Origin: Candidatus Bathyarchaeia archaeon
GTDB lineage: Archaea > Thermoproteota > Bathyarchaeia > Bathyarchaeales > DTEX01
Direction: 5' to 3'
DNA length: 53,091 nucleotides
Assembly (NCBI GenBank): GCA_038820405.1
Contig: JAWAXL010000003.1
Span: forward strand, 1-53,091
The notes below the pieces were generated by a model. That model made no database searches. It was not told the origin of the DNA and was given only the letters and a program-made list of their open reading frames with translations. This document shows positions 50,646-53,091 of this stretch, piece after piece (position 1 is the first letter of the stretch; every line of letters begins with the position of its first letter). Both the position numbers and the translations under genes were made by a program.

Positions 50646-51427
50646 ATGAAGAAGATAAAAATAATTGATTTAAGTGTACCATTGGAGCATAATTCATTAT
50701 AGATCCAGAACCTTATAGGCCGAGAATTAGGTATGCGGATCATAGGGAGGGTGCTGTTGATATGCAGATGTTTTTTGGAATTAAACCGCAGGATCTAGTT
50801 TACTCCGGAGGGCTGGGATGGTCTATTGAGGAGATAACTGCTATCACACATACGGGCACGCATTTAGATGCTCCATGGCACTACCATCCAATCTCTGAGG
50901 GCAAGCTCGCTAAAACCATCGATAAAGTACCACTAGAATGGTGCTTCTCCGATGGAGTCATCCTAGATTTCAGGCATAAGAGACCGGGAGAATATATTAC
51001 AGTTGATGATTTAAAGGAAGTCTTAAATAAGATTGGGTATACTATAAAGCCCTACGATATCGTTTTAATAATGACTGGACGTGACAAATATGCTGGAACG
51101 CTGGAGTACTTTGAACAGCCCGGTCTATCCTTCGAATCTATTCTATGGTTAGTTGATCAGGGCGTCAAGATCATTGGTATCGATGCATACATGGTTGATA
51201 GACCATTCAAATATATGGCTGAAGAATATAAGAAGACTGGTGATGGTAGGGTCATATGGCCTGCACATTTTGCAGGTATAACAAAGGAGTATTGCCATAT
51301 TGAAAAATTAGCGAACCTAGATAAAGTTCCAGTGCCATATGGATTCAAAGTAGCATGCTTTCCGGTGAAGATAGCTAACGCTTCCGCTGGATGGTGCAGG
51401 GCTGTTGCAATAATTGAGGAAAAATAA
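50646..51427 (+). pseudogene. Cyclase/kynurenine-formamidase-family metallohydrolase, frameshifted near the 5' end
   Basis: MKKIKIIDLSVPLEHNS after SD GAGGTGA stops at TAG 50700-50702; HTGTHLDAPWH and HIEKLANL lie in another frame. Confidence 0.8.
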
Positions 51428-51706
51428 TTAATAGTTTCCATCTTAATGCGACAGAACGCTCCTTAAGGAAGTTTAGTTCAAGCCTTATCTGAAATGCTAT
51501 CCTTATGCAATAAATCTATTTTTGCGGCTCATCATTCTCTTTTGGAACGAGATTGATCGTTAATATATCTGATGAAGATATTGGTGCGGTTGAAGGGTGG
51601 TACCCGCATAATTGATGTTATAGGTGGAATCTTATAGTTGCTGGCGTTTTCCTCGACTCGCCCATGTAAGGGGGTAATGATCTCCTAAAGAAAATTCTTA
51701 TAAAGA

Positions 51707-52102
51707 TTGGTGATATTTATAGCATGGGTGGATCTTGTGGGCTTAAGTAAGAAAGCCATTACTAAGATTCAAGCGATTATTATTGCCGTAATTGTTGTGG
51801 TTGCCGCTGTGGGAGGTGTTGTCGCCTATATAATGACCTTATCACGAGCACCAGCAGAGGCAATTATGATAGGCTTCATAACTGGTATTACAGGCCCCGT
51901 TCCCATAATAGGATCCTTCCTCTTCATCTTCATTAAAGAGTGGTTTTCAGGGATTACTGTTCACTGGATGCTTTTTTTAGAAGCATTACTATTAGTAATT
52001 GTTCTACTATTCCCTCATGGTGTTATCGGTTACTGTAGAATGCTCATAACGAGGGCGTTAGCTACACGTACAAAGACTAATAATGCAGATGTTAAAAAGT
52101 AA
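51707..52102 (+). pseudogene. Chimera of a branched-chain ABC substrate-binding N-terminus and a LivM-like permease C-terminus
   Basis: KAITKIQAIIIAVIVVVAAVGG...IMIGFITGITGP joined to PIIGSFLF..IKEWF...WMLFL..LLLVIVLLFPHGVIG. Confidence 0.6.
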
Positions 52103-52521
52103 CTAAGAAAGCTTAGTATATTAGGGTAAAATAGATTTTCCTTTTTTATCCACGCTTCTCCAAGACTTTTTATCTATCATTTTACAGCAATATCTTGTAA
52201 GGTTGCATACTTTTAATGAAAATATCTGATGTCTCCATTGGAGGTCAGAGTAATTGGAGAACGATCTTAGGCGAAACATTATCAATGTGCTCATTTATAT
52301 AGGAGCTTAATATCTTATCACTTACATCCAATGTGAAGTTAAAAGTCTTTTAAGATCACTATTTACTGATCTCTCAGTCAGCTTGCATAAACTATGTTTC
52401 TCCGCCATTCCCCAGCTAACAACGTTATAATCGTTTTCCACTATGGTTAATTTATACTCAATTTTAAACGCTCATAATTATGGTGGTAGATGAAATTAGT
52501 GGATAAAGGGTGATGTTAGGG

Positions 52522-53091
52522 ATGGATGAAAAGGGCCTTCCAAGAGGAGTCGTTTTAGAGGAGATTAAGAGAAGACTTCAAATAGACTTAACTTATGCAT
52601 CTGACAAGATACTAAACTCCATGTGCACAGAACCGCATAGCTTTGCTAAAAAGGTTTATGCTAAATATATTGAGAAGAATATTGGTGATCCGGGGCTTTT
52701 CCCGGCTACCTATGAGATGGAACTGGATCTTATTAGAATGATAGGTTCGCTGCTATCTAACCCTAATGCCTTCGGACACATTGTCTCTGGAGGGACTGAA
52801 GCAAATATTCTCGCCCTATGGGCTGCCAGGAATCTATCTAATGGGAGGTGTAATGAGGTCATCGTGCCAGCTTCAGCACATATTTCATTCGATAAGGCGG
52901 CCGATATATTAGGACTTAAACTGATTAGAGTTAGGCTTAACAAGCAATTTCAGATTGATGTTGAGTCCGTTAAAAGGGCTATAACCCCAAAGACTCTCGC
53001 GATTGTAGGAATAGCTGGTACAACGGATCTTGGAATCGTTGATCCAATACCTGAGCTTTCGGAGATCGCTGAGTCCCACGGCATCTACCTT
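52522..53091 (+). CDS. mfnA: PLP-dependent tyrosine/aspartate decarboxylase MfnA, truncated by window edge
   Basis: Manual translation: ILNSMCTEPH, NIGDPGLFP, SGGTEANILAL, SAHISFDKAA, GIAGTTDLG.VDPI. Confidence 0.92.
   Translation, partial: MDEKGLPRGVVLEEIKRRLQIDLTYASDKILNSMCTEPHSFAKKVYAKYIEKNIGDPGLFPATYEMELDLIRMIGSLLSNPNAFGHIVSGGTEANILALWAARNLSNGRCNEVIVPASAHISFDKAADILGLKLIRVRLNKQFQIDVESVKRAITPKTLAIVGIAGTTDLGIVDPIPELSEIAESHGIYL

Noticed and set aside
1-53091. CRISPR array, rRNA, transposase, integrase or intein
   Set aside because: No regularly spaced repeats, rRNA-like tracts or corresponding protein motifs were seen.

Overview
Archaeal chromosomal segment, most consistent with Bathyarchaeia (inferred from the long-form HisG with the TACK-type insertion, GHMP shikimate kinase, DGGGP synthase, ftr/fwdDB/mfnA and a divergent EF-2 paralog). 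It is mostly core metabolism: thiamine and sulfur-transfer genes (ThiI-like, thi4, HTH regulator, fdhD), tRNA-Leu(CAG), argS, rps19 with EF-2, cysE-cysK, a his operon lacking hisH/hisE, aroDEKAC, glyA, AMP phosphorylase, apgM, SRP RNA, two TtuA/Ncs6-type thiolation enzymes, thiolase and C1 genes. The strongest unexplained signal is a ~105-nt GC-rich leader upstream of a QueT-family transporter. It forms a four-way junction, has a hairpin hiding the SD, and has a mutually exclusive alternative helix, so it is a candidate archaeal riboswitch. Other notable items are a divergent pair of mutually similar small membrane proteins with a phased direct repeat, an ADP-ribosylhydrolase followed by tandem nucleotidyltransferases, a structured his leader and several decayed genes. 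All calls come from reading the sequence and recalled family motifs; no searches or folding programs were run.
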